DNA of 63,855 bases, counting the filler, from Choristocarpus tenellus KU-1152 (taxonomy: Eukaryota > Protista > Phaeophyceae): assembly GCA_964200185.2 (NCBI GenBank). It is 11 parts of 11 records of this genome, joined end to end, with 100 filler letters (N's around TTAATTAATTAA, not from the genome) between each part and the next. Parts side by side here need not be neighbours in the genome. Positions count along the whole stretch, not along the records: positions 41,481 to 45,292 come from CAXNAD020017786.1; positions 45,393 to 52,023 come from CAXNAD020007703.1; positions 52,124 to 54,833 come from CAXNAD020025421.1; 8 more parts are not named here. One strand, written 5' to 3'. The notes beneath the pieces are model-generated. The model was not told the origin of the DNA, did no database searches, and saw only the letters and a program-made list of their open reading frames with translations. Each line of letters opens with the position of its first letter. The stretch's first letter is position 1. This document shows, in pieces, positions 41,616 to 54,654 of the stretch. The position numbers were made by a program, and so were the translations under genes.

Positions 41616-43499
41616 CTAAGAAAATGAAAAAAAACCTACCTCAAAAGGTTTACATACAAATCCCAGCCGCTCAAGAACATCGAAAGCAAAGGTCAGGAGG
41701 GTTAAGGAAGGGCTCCCACAGTGCGAGCACGCGTCCAGGAGGTCCAGAGGGGGGGAACGCTCCTTTCTGGTCTTAGGTCGCAAAGGTATACTATAATGGG
41801 TCCACCCAAGGTCAAAAAGGGGTACGGGTTCAAAAATAGTGACGGCACAAGGTATACACCTGCATACTCCACACTGTATGACACACAGTGTTACACATTC
41901 ATTGATTTGGTACGAACATACACACACACATGTTGTTCCATCCTAACATACTGCAAGGTGCCTTCGATAACTTCACACCAAACAAAACACACCAAACTCT
42001 TGTGGTGAGGGGGAGGGGTGGGGGTGGGGGAGCTGGCATTCTGTAACAGTTACGGAATTGGAGAGTCATCTACATCACAACATCTGCAAACCTTCATCCC
42101 CACTGGTGCCACTTGAGTTGCACAGCAATTAAAAGATAAAAAAAAAAAGAGGGGAACAGAAGACATGAAAAAAATATTTTGATTTTTGTCAACCCTCCTC
42201 CCTCCTCCCCCATCTGCCCAATTTTGTTCTCACCTTGTATCCTGACTCAAGTCAACCTCAACCTTGAATTCCACCGGTGATGACATCACTAATCCCCCTT
42301 CCCCTGCCTCCCCACTATCAACAGAGTCGACCTTGTGTTCCTCCCCCTCCTCTTCATTGCCACCCTCGTTCCCCAACCCTTTTTCATCAACTGATGATGT
42401 CAAGGTGCCAAGCTCCTCTCCATCACCACTCTTGCCTTCATTATCTTCATTGCTGACCCTGCCATGATGTGTGCAGGAGAAGGGAGGTTTTAGGAAGTGC
42501 TTCATCTGTGTGTATTGATGCATATACACTCCATTCGCATCTAGGCATGTGTGCAGGATCAAAGAGAGGGGTGGGATAGGATAATCTTGACAAAGAAACG
42601 CCTTCAGCATTTGTAGTAGTATTAACGCAAACATCTCAATCACTCTGGGGTTACACAAAGAGATGAATAGTTAGCTTGAACTTTTACAAGCAGGTAGTTA
42701 CAAGGGGGTCCCAGGGATCTGAGCTTGCCTATCGATAACAATATACATCTATTTATATATACATATAAAAGTGAACATTACAGGCTGACAAGAAATTAAT
42801 CATTCCAGATACATGAGAATCGATGTTATCTTTTTAGAAGTATCTTATTTCGTGAGAAGTTTCATAAAGTGTTATTGTGAATCCGAAAAAAACATTTAAG
42901 TGATGTGTGAGGAGCCAAAAATGGAATGTGAACTTCAGATAGGTTTTCATTCACTTTGTATATGCTTCCTTGCTGCTTTATATGCATTTACCATGCTATC
43001 ATATAAGTAGCTTTCTAAAAGTGTGAAATTGGGCCTACTATCGAATGCCTCAACAGTGTTACATTAGGGTAGATTGAGATAAGCCCAAGCAGGCACGTGC
43101 CACAATTGAGTTCATTCCGTGCCATAATTAAGATCGTTTTATATCCATTACATAACATCGCAATATCTTCTACAAAGGTGTAAGTTTTCAGCGCAAGAGC
43201 AGGAGCTAAGAAGCCCGACATGAATTGCCTAGTCCACCTTGAAAGCGTATTTGCGAGGTACCAATGTTTTACTGTGCCCTTCCCAGTTTATATCTACTTC
43301 CTCTATATTTTCGGCCACACCTTTTTTCTCCGCGTGCTCCCAGGTGTGCTTCTCCCTCTGCGCCAGGTACAAGAGATGCCTGAAAAACGGCTTTGCAGAC
43401 GCCCTTCTCTGGTTCCATGAAGTGACTCAGGAGCGTCACTCCAGCAGGAAGACGGTTTTCGATACCATCGAACTCGCGAAGGAGGCGGTTTGTCCATAT
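41616..43499 (-). CDS. Hypothetical protein with UBC/RWD-like features; exons 43499-43321, 42458-42234, possibly 41859-41616
   Basis: Phase-consistent GT-AG joins: IWTNRLLREF..., an acidic insert, VEFKVEVDLSQDTR, then LDLLD...SPSLTL. Start exon not located. Confidence 0.4.
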
Positions 43500-43870
43500 C
43501 TGGAATCCACGAGAAAATGTGCGTCAGCTTGCTCACGGGGTCGCGCGAATCATGGTTATAAAAGACTCAATTGAGACTTAAAGTGCCCTACATATTGCAA
43601 TAAAACCAGGTGACAGGGTCATCGCCGGTACTTGTTGTATTGCAAGACTTTCCTCTTGGAAATGGACGACTGTCACATAGGAACGAACTGTATTCCCAAC
43701 TGAGCGGAGAAAGTACTTATGTACACATACATACGCAGTGTTTTCTCAAGTCATGGGTCTGGTACATTGTTAAATTAAGGGTGTGAGCAACCTTGACGCC
43801 TTCTCTCTGCAATTCAAACACGGGGAAGGGGAATAATATCAAATACCCTCCTCCCCTCTGCCGCGTTTCG

Positions 43871-43929
43871 CACCCAGTGGCCTACCGATCACCCAGTGGC
43901 CTACCGATCACCCAGTGGCCTATCGGTAG
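43871..43929 (+). repeat. 19-bp tandem repeat, three copies
   Basis: cacccagtggcctaccgat twice; the third copy ends atcggtag, the reverse complement of ctaccgat. Confidence 0.9.
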
Positions 43930-44929
43930 CGATCACGGAGCATCAGCAAATCTATCCATCAAAGTGTTGAAAACCTTGGCCCAGCACGCATCTCTCCCCA
44001 ATGAACCCAGTTAGAACACCTATACATCCAACCAGATACCACATGCATGATCAACATCGCTGCAGATTAATGATGCCAGATACTCAACCGAGTCGCGTGA
44101 TCATCCAGCACGTGCCATCGCACCTGCAATGTCACCATCTCTCGGCTTCTCACAGATCAACTCGAGCCCTTGTGGAAACCAGTCAGCTCAGGAATATATG
44201 TAGCACCTCCCCGTCAATCAGACGCTCGATTCTGCACTCAAGGAGTAGGGTGGTGATGATGGTAGAGAACTGTTGTTCAAGGAAAGATTACACCTTCATC
44301 TTGCATATATATATATATTATTGTCCAAATTAACATTTGGAGATGCAAGTATATTCGTCGGTACATCAGTCAACGTATCAAACATCAACCAAAATGATGG
44401 AATGATTGATTATTGATTTTTATTGTGACGAACCGAACAAAATGTAAAATACAAAATATTCACTACTAAAATATACTGCTACTACTAATGGTGTGGTGAT
44501 CCTATACATTATAGTAGTAGCATATTACATCGAAGTATATGAACATTATTGTATATTATTTTACATCATTATGCTCTCTCACATTTTACAGATACACCAT
44601 AGAAAACTAATGAAAACTATTCACGTCTAAAAAATCCCTAAGAAAGTAACAATTGTCAAAAAAGTGAAAAATGTTAAATCTATTTCCTATTTTCGATTAT
44701 GTTATACTACTCCCTTCCTCCTGTCTCAAACCTATTCCTGCACCTCAGAGTGGGGAAGTAGGGAAACATCCCAAGAATCGTATATTATTGTATCATAGTG
44801 ATATATTATGGGAAAAGTTAAGTAGGACCTTTCTAATGTAGTAATAAGCAGATCCTCAATAATTTTACATATTACGTTTTTGTGTGGAAAGGAGGTTCGT
44901 TTGATACATCTACAAATGTCAGAGACCAT

Positions 44930-45292
44930 AATAATAAAACAAAGGCTTTGGGATCGTCCATCCACACCCTCCTTTCTACAGAAGACCTTGTAGAAATCAT
45001 TGGCAAAGACTGGGTAACCTGGGGGGGAACAACGTCCCCCGCACCTGCCCCGGAGGTCCACATCCTGGCAGCTCATAATGCCAGGATCACAAGGAGGGCT
45101 CAACATGAGACCACACGCCTCCTGAACAAGATCCGTTTTGACTCCTTTCGGACACAACTAGCCGGGCTACCAAGTGAAGTACAACAGGGAAAGGAAGCTC
45201 CTAATTAGCCATAGCACGCCACCGGAGACAGTGTGGACAAGGGGCAAATGCATGGGCCTCAATGCAACCCCTCGGGCCGGCATGCCAGATCC
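44930..45292 (+). mobile_element. Non-LTR (CRE-like) retrotransposon fragment
   Basis: RRAQHETTRLLNKIRFDSF followed by ARHRRQCGQGANAW, a post-RT motif typical of CRE-type elements (by recall). Confidence 0.4.
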
Positions 45293-46478
45293 NNNNNNNN
45301 NNNNNNNNNNNNNNNNNNNNNNNNNNNNNNNNNNNNTTAATTAATTAANNNNNNNNNNNNNNNNNNNNNNNNNNNNNNNNNNNNNNNNNNNNCCCCCCCC
45401 CCTGAAACCTTTTCCTCTCTCCCCTGTCTTGCCTACAAAAGCAAACAATAAAATACCCTAACCCTAGCTAATCTGCTATCTGCTATCTGAATCTGAATGG
45501 AGAGGCAAGCTCTCGGTAGGTACACTCTACAACAGAGGAAACACAGCATGAGAAAAAAAATAAAATATATATATATATATTTTTTTTTTCTGATCAGTGG
45601 CAAGACTGCTGTAGTCAGAATAACTGTCCCACCTTCAACGCAACACTTGGAACATCCCTAATCCTAACCCTAGATGGAATGGGAGCGGACCCCTCCCCCC
45701 CCCCCCAAATAAAAAATATAATATATATATTAATTTGTTTTTTTACCATTCAGGATCAGTTAAAACAGTTTAACACTTTGAGGGGAGGTTGGTTTGCTTC
45801 TGCCAAAAACACACACACACACACACACACAACACACACACATATAAAAAAAGACTCTCGAAGGAAGATCAGTTCTTGTAGTGCTAATCGTCAGATTTTG
45901 TCGAGATTTTTTAGGGGCCTCGTGCAAGACCCCCCCACAAGATTAAAAAAACAACTGATACCATGTTGTGCATTCATAGCCTGACCCACGATCTGTTCCA
46001 ACTCACATCCTGAACAGAAGGAGTGTCAGACCACTACAGTAAACAAGACAACCCAATTACACGGACGGATCAAGAAGGTGCACACCAAGGTTTCCACAGG
46101 TAACGAGGCGGTATTACCTTCAGCTAGGTTTTTGACCAGATGGCAACACAAAAGCTATCGGCGGAGCCAATCAGAAATCTCAATTGAGACAATTATCTGT
46201 AACATCCAGTACTTTCCCCTAACCCTACTGCGACGAACCTAACCAACAACAAGGGTTAGGGTTAGGGTTATAGACCGACCGCCCGTTTATAGATAGATAT
46301 CGCAAAAACAAAATAATTCAACGATCACCAGGTCACGTGCAGATCAGCATACATAACCCTAACCCTAGATGGTCAATTCCGTAACCTTCAAACTACAACG
46401 TAACATCTGACAACAGCAAACATGCACTAAACTAAACGCCTCCTCAATGTGGAATGGCAGTTGCGTTCACTACCTCAG

Positions 46479-46655
46479 GCTCTCGACAAATTCGCCTCAA
46501 CAACTAAAAAACGCCAAAAGGATTACGGAGGAATCTGGTGTGGGTTCTGGGGATCGGTCAGTCTCTTGCTCTCGCTCTCGACAAATTCGCCTCAACTACT
46601 AAAAATCCCCAAAGGATTACGGAGGAATCTGGTATGGGTTCTGGGGATCGGTTGG
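46479..46655 (+). repeat. ~95-bp tandem duplication
   Basis: gctctcgacaaattcgcctcaac...ggattacggaggaatctggt.tgggttctggggatcggt occurs twice. Confidence 0.9.
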
Positions 46656-47808
46656 TCCTTCACAAAAAAAAACAACTAACGACAAATGTACCTCTTCTCG
46701 ACAAAAAATAAAATAAATAATGACATCAACAGACAAATATGGTAAACAACAATATCCACCCACCCACACGGACATAGGATCACTTCCCCCTTCAAGGCAA
46801 AGAGAAAATTCAAATGCAACTGCCCATGTGGCTGGGCTTGGGACCCACTTCTCCCACTCAGCCGTCATCACTGGTCTTGACTCTTTGACTCTTTCCTTGA
46901 CTGTCCCTGGCCAATGCCTCATCAAACCCTCTCAACAAACAAGCTCCTTCTTAACGGGTGTACTAATCCTTGTCATAACCAGCATGGACACTTTATTCTC
47001 CCTAACCCTAACCCTAACCTAGGCAGCACACCGCTGTCTAGTTCTTTTTTTTTTTTCTCCGAAAGTAATGTCGGGCGATAGACAAGTACTCTCTTACTCC
47101 ATTCTTACTCTAATCTAATTAATGTAAAGATATTCCAACAATCAAATGACAGTTACACTTACAGTCAGCACTGACACACAAAGTAACTGGTAGACCCTTT
47201 TTTCAGGCGGAACACTCTTGTAATTCGAGGGATGAAAATGTCTTGGACATTGACACTACTAGGGTGGGGGGGGATTGGGGCTGTAAGACTCTCAAAGCAT
47301 GACAGCTGTACCACTCGCCTGAATTAACGACCACCTACCCCATCGCCAGGAACAACCCAGGAACATGAACATGAGGCTTAACCATCCTTGCACACTACCC
47401 CCCAACTATGCAAATCTTGGGTACTGTGAAGATGGTCAGACAAAAACCCAGTCAAAGAAAATTCTGTAGCAATGTTAGCAGTTCTGTAGCACCCGGAGCA
47501 GGAGCACCAAGCGCTACGGTATGACAATGTCGTGACATGCTTTCAGTCTGACCACACGTCTAGGTAACCACTCGGAGGACACCTTTACTATTACCATCTC
47601 AGGGGGAGCAAACAAAGTGAGTAGGTCTTGTATCTAGGTAACCACTCTTCCACACCTTTCAAGGGCCCCCCCACACTCATAACAACACTCCGGCAGCGGC
47701 TAGTCAATGGCATCACAATGACGAGAAAATAGATATCTAGTCAAGAGACTGAGACAAATGAAAGGACAACAAGAGCAACACTACAGCAAAACACCTTACG
47801 ACAAATAC

Positions 47809-50392
47809 CTGCCCAATGCTTGCAGCAGCTATTGGCGTCTCATCAAAGCTTTCAAGGCGACTTCTCCAGTTCTCCCCAAGGCTCCTCTCGAGCTGCTTGT
47901 ACACTTGCCGCTGAGGCATAACGTCCGCCCCTTGCCTCACACGCTCCAGAGCTTTTGCCAGAGATGGTGGGATGACACTCTCGTCCTGAGATAACAAGAG
48001 ACAGGTGTGACAGGTGTGCTGGATTGTTTTTGGTCTACAGGGCGTAACAAAAACAATCCAGCTGGTAAAAAGGCTCATGCGCCTTCACGCAGGCAGGAAA
48101 GGTGTGGTCTATGACGTTTGAGAAAATGACTCGAGAAAAGGAAGAATAAAAATTGTTTGTATTTAAAAAAAAGAAAGAAGAAAGGTTCTGTTTCTCGTTT
48201 TTCGGACTCTACAAAAGAGTTTTTTAGCACTGTGCTGTGCGAAAAAAAAATGAAATCGGCACAAAAGATGATCACAAACTGGTAGGCTCTTGAAATGACC
48301 TTGTGCGGTCTCTTCCGCTATACACACTATACACATTCCGAGTTATTTGTACATCTGTAAAAAATGTAAGAAAACAAGTATCGTCAGTTGGTGATTTAAT
48401 ATACAGTAGCACGCATGGGGCGCCCAATCACGACTACCGATCGTTAAAAAAATGATCTGAAGCTTAAATTTTTCGCTGATGTTATACCGCTACAGAAATA
48501 GCACCCACACTGCTCGTCTTAAAGCACTACATGATACTGAGTCAGACGTAAGTATCATGAAACACAAAGTGGTATGTGTTGTGTACCAATTTCTCCAGGT
48601 TTATCACAACCCAAAAAATAAAGGGGGCTCGGGTCATACCGATGTGTGCATCTCTTCATTACACGGAAGGCTTTTGTTCTAACCAATGGAGGCCTCCACC
48701 GCAGTATTTGTCGTGTTCTTTTGCATTTTTTTTTTCCTCCCTCACCAGGAAGAAATATACACTCTGAACAGTATATTTCAAAACATAGTTAGCCACATGT
48801 ATGCATTATACTGACCATGATCTGTATTTATTGTTGATAGTGCAGGTCACACACATCTATACTACACTCTCATGCGAGCACTAGTGAAAATAATCATCTC
48901 TTGTTCCCATAAGGGTCTTTTTAATTGCTAAATCCCTCAGCAATGAAGCTATGAAATCGTCAGATGTGTAGCAGTGTCTGACATCAAAGTTACACCTTGA
49001 AGTAGTGCACATGGTACAATGCCCCAAAGTATTAAGAGTATCCTAGAAGAGTGTTTCAATGTGGACGGAAAATCGGTAAATGCACACCTGTATCGACAGC
49101 ATTTGTCCCAGTTTTAATGCTGCTCCACGCATTCGACATAATGCCTCTGCCAATCGCTCAGCATTACCGTCTGACACCACGTACTGCTTCACACCACCTG
49201 CTCCTCCATTCTGAGTATCTTTCTCTCCACTCTCTCCGCCACCTCGGTATGACTGGCGCATGGCTTCAACAACAGTTCCCATTGCAAGGCCAGCTGCCAG
49301 TTGACCAAACCCAAACACACGGGCAAGAGGAGAGGAAGGGACACTGCGCGTGCGCGAGCCACGAACATGACCGTGGCTGAAGTCGCTGGCACCCAATGAT
49401 GGGACCTATGAGGTTGATGTGTAGACGTGGTTAAATGGGGCGGGCCATCAGCGAAGAGGAAGGCAAAGCTCGGCCCACTACAGGCATAGTGCTTCCTTTA
49501 GACGCATGCAGAGAGAGGTGCCTAGATTCAACCGTGAGTAAACTCGACATAAAGGCTTCTGACTGGGACACTCGAATAAAGATGTGGTTGCACCACTAGC
49601 CTCTCTAACCAAAACCGGTAGGTCGAAATTTTCATACATCCTTTAACCAGAGGGTGCAATTAGTTTTAGGATGAGTGAAGGGTCGCACCTCCTCTGGTAC
49701 AGTGCTCTTGGATACGTTGAAGGTGCTGATAGCTTCGGACGGTTCATGGGAGGACTTTCTATCCTTCTGGTCATTCAACTTCAAGTTAACAGGTTCCTCC
49801 TCCGAGAGGGGAGAAATCTTTAGCATATCCCCCTTCACTGGTGGATGCGCCTGTGATGCCAGAAGAACTTGCGCATCCTCAACCTTGGACACCTCCAAAG
49901 CACTCGACGGGCGTAGAGGGTCGGGGTTGTTCACTTCTCCCTTTCGTTGCGGATAGGAAGGAGCGGGAGGTGGATCTGCTTCAGCAGCATCAGTAGCATC
50001 AACAACAGAAGTTATATCCTGCTCCGGAAACTGACTGGACTCGTGGGAAGAGGGTTGCGAGTCAATACGCGAGGACATCGCCTGTTGAGGATGTAGTAAA
50101 TGGAAGAGGGGTGCAGCAGAAGGGGGTCAGCCCGCTTTCGTGTATCCCATCTTTTGAGTTGCAAAGCATTGAACTAACATAGGGGTAAGACTACCATAAT
50201 CAAGTTCTGTTTTGGTTTGGCAAAGCCCCCTTTCCTCACATCCTTGATGGTGCACGCCACTCCAGCTCCATGCTCACGTAATCGCAACACCCGTGTCGCC
50301 ACCACTGGCCCTTGGCTCTCCACTAGTGCCTGGGCCACCCTACCTGCCCCCTGCATAACTCTCGCCAGATCTCCAATCCTTCCCCTTGTCAT
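47809..50392 (-). CDS. COQ8: ABC1/UbiB atypical kinase COQ8 (ADCK3/4-like), 3' partial; exons 50392-50240, 50081-49689, 49405-49088, 47985-47809
   Basis: [54 protein letters not shown] and PIAAASIGQ; all introns are phase-0 GT-AG. Confidence 0.92.
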
Positions 50393-51005
50393 GATCAACC
50401 ATGCATTCGAGGTGTATATTACTACTGTTTGAGTTCTTGGTGACTGATACTTATTGTCCATCTTTCTATAAGGTTTATAAAAACAAAGAAGGCCTTGTCC
50501 ACCTACATCTCGATGACAATGTTGTTGGTTCTGTCGAAGAGAGGTCCTCTTTTGGAGATCTCCCTACTATCCTAATGTGGGTAATGTATGAAGTTTTATC
50601 CATTCCCGCGCGCCACATTTTGCCATTGACAGTATTCTACTTGATGTGGTATGGGTCAGACGCACGAACGGCTCGCGGTAACCCCGACATGAACAGTTGA
50701 TTTCAAACCAGGGAAACCTTAGATTTGTTTTTGTTCTGACTTGTCACAACTAATCACAAGTGGAGATTGATCAACATGCTGTCCACATACACCCCACATG
50801 GTTCAGTTTCATCTCTGCTTCCTTTCTGAACCTCATCATCTCTGGTGGTTCTCATCACCCCCCATCGCACAGAACCAGGCGCCATAACAGGAAAGAAAGG
50901 GTGCAACAAAAAACCGTTCCTAAAACCAAATTAAAACTGTGGATTCACCACATAATATATAGATCTGATTTCTTCATGATGAAACCACAAAATCAGATAA
51001 GATTA

Positions 51006-52023
51006 AACAGCCGATTTCGGGCTTGACCCAAAATTGACTGGGATAAAGTGTCGGTATATAAGATTAAAATCTTGACAATTAAAAAAAAAACATACCGACA
51101 CTTTATCCCAGTCAATTTTGGGTCAAGCCCATCCTCAATGAAAAGCTCCATCCTCAATTTTTGAAATTGGCTGTTATTATGGAATTTTAGTCGGACAAGA
51201 CACGGCAGAACTTGATGACTGACTTAGTCCTGGATGGACTCGTCTTCACTTCTTTGTACACCATCTTCATGCCACCACCACTAACACTATTGTATAATCA
51301 TGTGTTGTTGTATCTGGTGGACCAAATGATTCAATACAACATATTACACTATAATATTATTATACAAATATAAAACATAAAAGCGCGCGAGACTGCAAGC
51401 AGACGCGCAATGGTGAGGAGGATTCTTACCACTAATAATGACGTAAACCTAGTTCAAGTTGGTTCGATCACATCAAGTGGTTCGTTCAGCTTTGAGGTCT
51501 TACATATAATAGTAGAAAGTGAAAAAGAAATAACACCGTTCAGAGCAATAAAGATGTGTGCACTCGGTAGCAAAACAGTATCCTCCCACAGGATGAATCA
51601 GAATGGGGGGTGGTCGAGATCGGGTTCCTTGCGAAAAGAATGCCCTGTTGGACACAGTAGGAATTTATTCCAGCAATCCGTCAAGGATTGTTTGGGTTGT
51701 CCATAAATATTAAAATTAATTCAACGCGCTTTTTCGCCCCAGAATATACTCAAAGCGACAGGCGTTTACACCTAAAATCAACCCTCCCCTCCCGACTACT
51801 CTTAGAATTTTCCCTCCACACACTACCCTAACACAGCCTAGCGAGACCGTTTCGGATAGTGCGGAGAAATGACCCGTTCAGTATTTTTAACAAGTTGCAA
51901 ATTTGTGTATTTTGGCGTGGAAAACAAATTAACAGTGGATTTCAAAAATTGAGGATGGAGCGTACTATTGAAGATGGTTTTGACCGAAAAAAAAAAAAAA
52001 AAAGTGCCGATACGTTTTTTTTT
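51006..52023. repeat. Foldback structure: perfect 39-bp inverted repeat (51019-51057 / 51092-51130) plus a third diverged copy of the ~95-bp unit at 51931-52023
   Basis: gggcttgacccaaaattgactgggataaagtgtcggtat and its exact reverse complement; atttcaaaaattgaggatggag is shared between the reverse unit and 51939-51960. Confidence 0.9.
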
Positions 52024-52168
52024 NNNNNNNNNNNNNNNNNNNNNNNNNNNNNNNNNNNNNNNNNNNNTTAATTAATTAANNNNNNNNNNNNNNNNNNNNN
52101 NNNNNNNNNNNNNNNNNNNNNNNTAAAAAAGTGCTCGTAATCGTTTCCATCGTATCCATGAAGCTTAT

Positions 52169-52413
52169 GATTTATTTCCCAGCTCATCACGATTAATTAG
52201 TCGCTTCGACGATTGATTTCCCAGCTCACTACGATTAATCACGCGAATCCACGATTGAGTTTCCAGCTCGCCATGATAAATTAGTCGCTTCGACGATTGA
52301 TTTCCCAGCTCACCACGATTAATTACTCGATTCCACGATTGATTTCCCAGGATTGCCACGATTAATCAGTCACTTCGACGATTGATTTCCCAGTTAACCA
52401 CGATTAATTACTA
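52169..52413 (+). repeat. 42-bp tandem array, about 6 units, with an alternating 84-bp higher-order structure
   Basis: Units start at 52169, 52211, 52253, 52295, 52337 and 52380 with gattgatttcccag; unit ends alternate gtcgcttcgac / c.cga.tccac. Confidence 0.92.
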
Positions 52414-53579
52414 CAAGAACGATATTGTACCACATAAATTCTGAACCGCTTTTTTCGGGCATGCCCATGAGTGAACAAAATCGGGGTACCTACTGTTGTC
52501 CATACAAGAACAACCGCCTTTATGGAATGTTCTACCCCTATTAAATAATAGTGTATATTTTGTGGTTATGAACAGGCCATTTTGGGTGTTCTTTTTCCTC
52601 AGGAATAAAAAAGGATATTTCATAAAGGAATTTTTTCTCTCTTCACATGTCTTGAAATTTCTATGCATGTCTATGATGCCGTGGAACTAGAACAAATAGA
52701 CGTAAAAGTGTGTATATATATGTAACTCTCCATGCGCTAATTCTTCATTAGTGTGAGAGGGTCAAAACTTTGAGTTTGCATATTTTTTTTCATATATTTG
52801 CAGTGTTGTATGATTATATTATAGTGCATCACAAAAAAAAAATCGTCAAACCACATATGCGACAAACCCCACACTCCCTCACTCAGTCGACAACAAACCA
52901 ACGGGTCTGGACAATATAGAGGAATAGTTGTCGCAGTTCTTCAAGGGGACCACACCCATCGCACCGCAGATGTACGATGACAACCCGCCAGGCACTAGGG
53001 GATCTTGCTAACAACGGGAATGAACTCGTGGACTCCGGAGGGGTAGACCCCAGGACATCCCAAAGCCAAGACCAGGCCTCCGTCACAGCGAGACACACAC
53101 CAATGTAGCATGTGCGTTCTGTAATTACCTGAACGAGGAATTAGTGCTTGAAGACTAGGCATCATAGCGAAGCATATGGTCGCCATATCCTTCCGAAATC
53201 ACACATTTGCATCGAAATCAGAGAGACGTGGTGTTCACTAGTTCCACCATAGTTTCGAACCGGTGATGCACACGTCCTCCCATTAAGAGCAGAACGAAAC
53301 CTATCGACGAGGTTTGTGTTCTCCGATATATCCGCATTCCGATATGTATCGAAACCAAAAATGATGTTCCTTCCAGTTTCTGTTTCCGATCCCAACCCTA
53401 GCACCCGTCCCAACCCTAAAACCCGTCCCATCCCTAACCCTGTGTCCTAACCTGGACACTGTCTCTCAACCTTACACGATAATGAAATTATACCAAGTCA
53501 TGTTTCGCCCTTCCTTCATCTGCTCGCCTCATGTCATTTTTGCTATACTTCACCGTTCGACAAAGTATGGCAAAAATTG

Positions 53580-53762
53580 CGGCTATTGCGTTCGTTAGGA
53601 AGAGTCAATGTCCTTGTTCCAGACACACCATTTCATAACGTATATATTTTACCTACCCCGAGACATTTTGGGGTAGGAAAATGTCATAAAAAAACCCATG
53701 GGAAGCCAAGCCCCAAATGGACAAATAGGGAAAAACTCGTACCCTCTAAGATACTTTCACTC
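53580..53762 (+). mobile_element. MITE family A, 5' truncated
   Basis: Ends ...taccctctaagatactttcactc. Confidence 0.88.
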
Positions 53763-54654
53763 GCACCGCCATGCCCCACGATCCGGTCAACATCTCATAA
53801 TTCCACTCAGGGAATGCACTACTTAGACCCGCATACAAACAAGAGAGTTTGCCGCCCGGATGCACTGTGCCAACAGCATGCTCAGAGGTTCTCTACACTA
53901 GCGAGTGTCATCCTCACAAATATTGCGCATATCCACCCTTGACACTTTATGGATTAATCATTGTAACATGTTCATCCTCGACCAACAAACCTTTGACATT
54001 ACACTACGTACACATGGCACAACCGACGTTACAACAGGTCACAGATTGGGACAGATGATAATGTCTACGCCAACTTCAGGGAGATATTCGAACAGGAGAG
54101 GACGTCAGGACCAATACCCTGTCTGTCGACAATCGCGAAGTGGAGGCCGTTCTACATAGCAAAGGCCACGCCAAGGTGTGTGCGGAAATGGTCTTTCCAT
54201 TTTTAGGACACACGCTACAGTGATGATTGGGTAAGTCTATGTTTCCTAACTGCCACAGGGTACACAGTCACATACCGCATCATCCGTGTCCGCACACAAC
54301 GGGTGCTAACCCACCACATCCCTCCCTCCACTCTTCCACGCAACACAGATCGTGCGTTTGCATTCACCACATGACCACTGACCTCCAGGTTCAGTGCCTA
54401 AGAGAGAACTGGAAGAAAGTACATGCGAGGACGTTCTTTGATGAAGATGGAAAACGCACTTGCGCAAGCACATGCATATTCTGCCACCCAGGCAAAGGAT
54501 TGCGGGTCTGAAGAAGTGGAGGCCGCACTCGAAAGTGGTGCTCATTTAATGGCCTTCCTCCTGTAAGTTTCTACACCAAACCACACCCACGACGTGGCGA
54601 AAGTGTTATCGTGACAAGCTCGAATGGTATCCAAAATAATGAAACCACGGTAGA

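Noticed and set aside
52169-52413. CRISPR- or TIGR-like guide array
   Set aside because: The variable parts alternate between two related sequences rather than being unique spacers, and no Cas or Nop-domain gene was seen.
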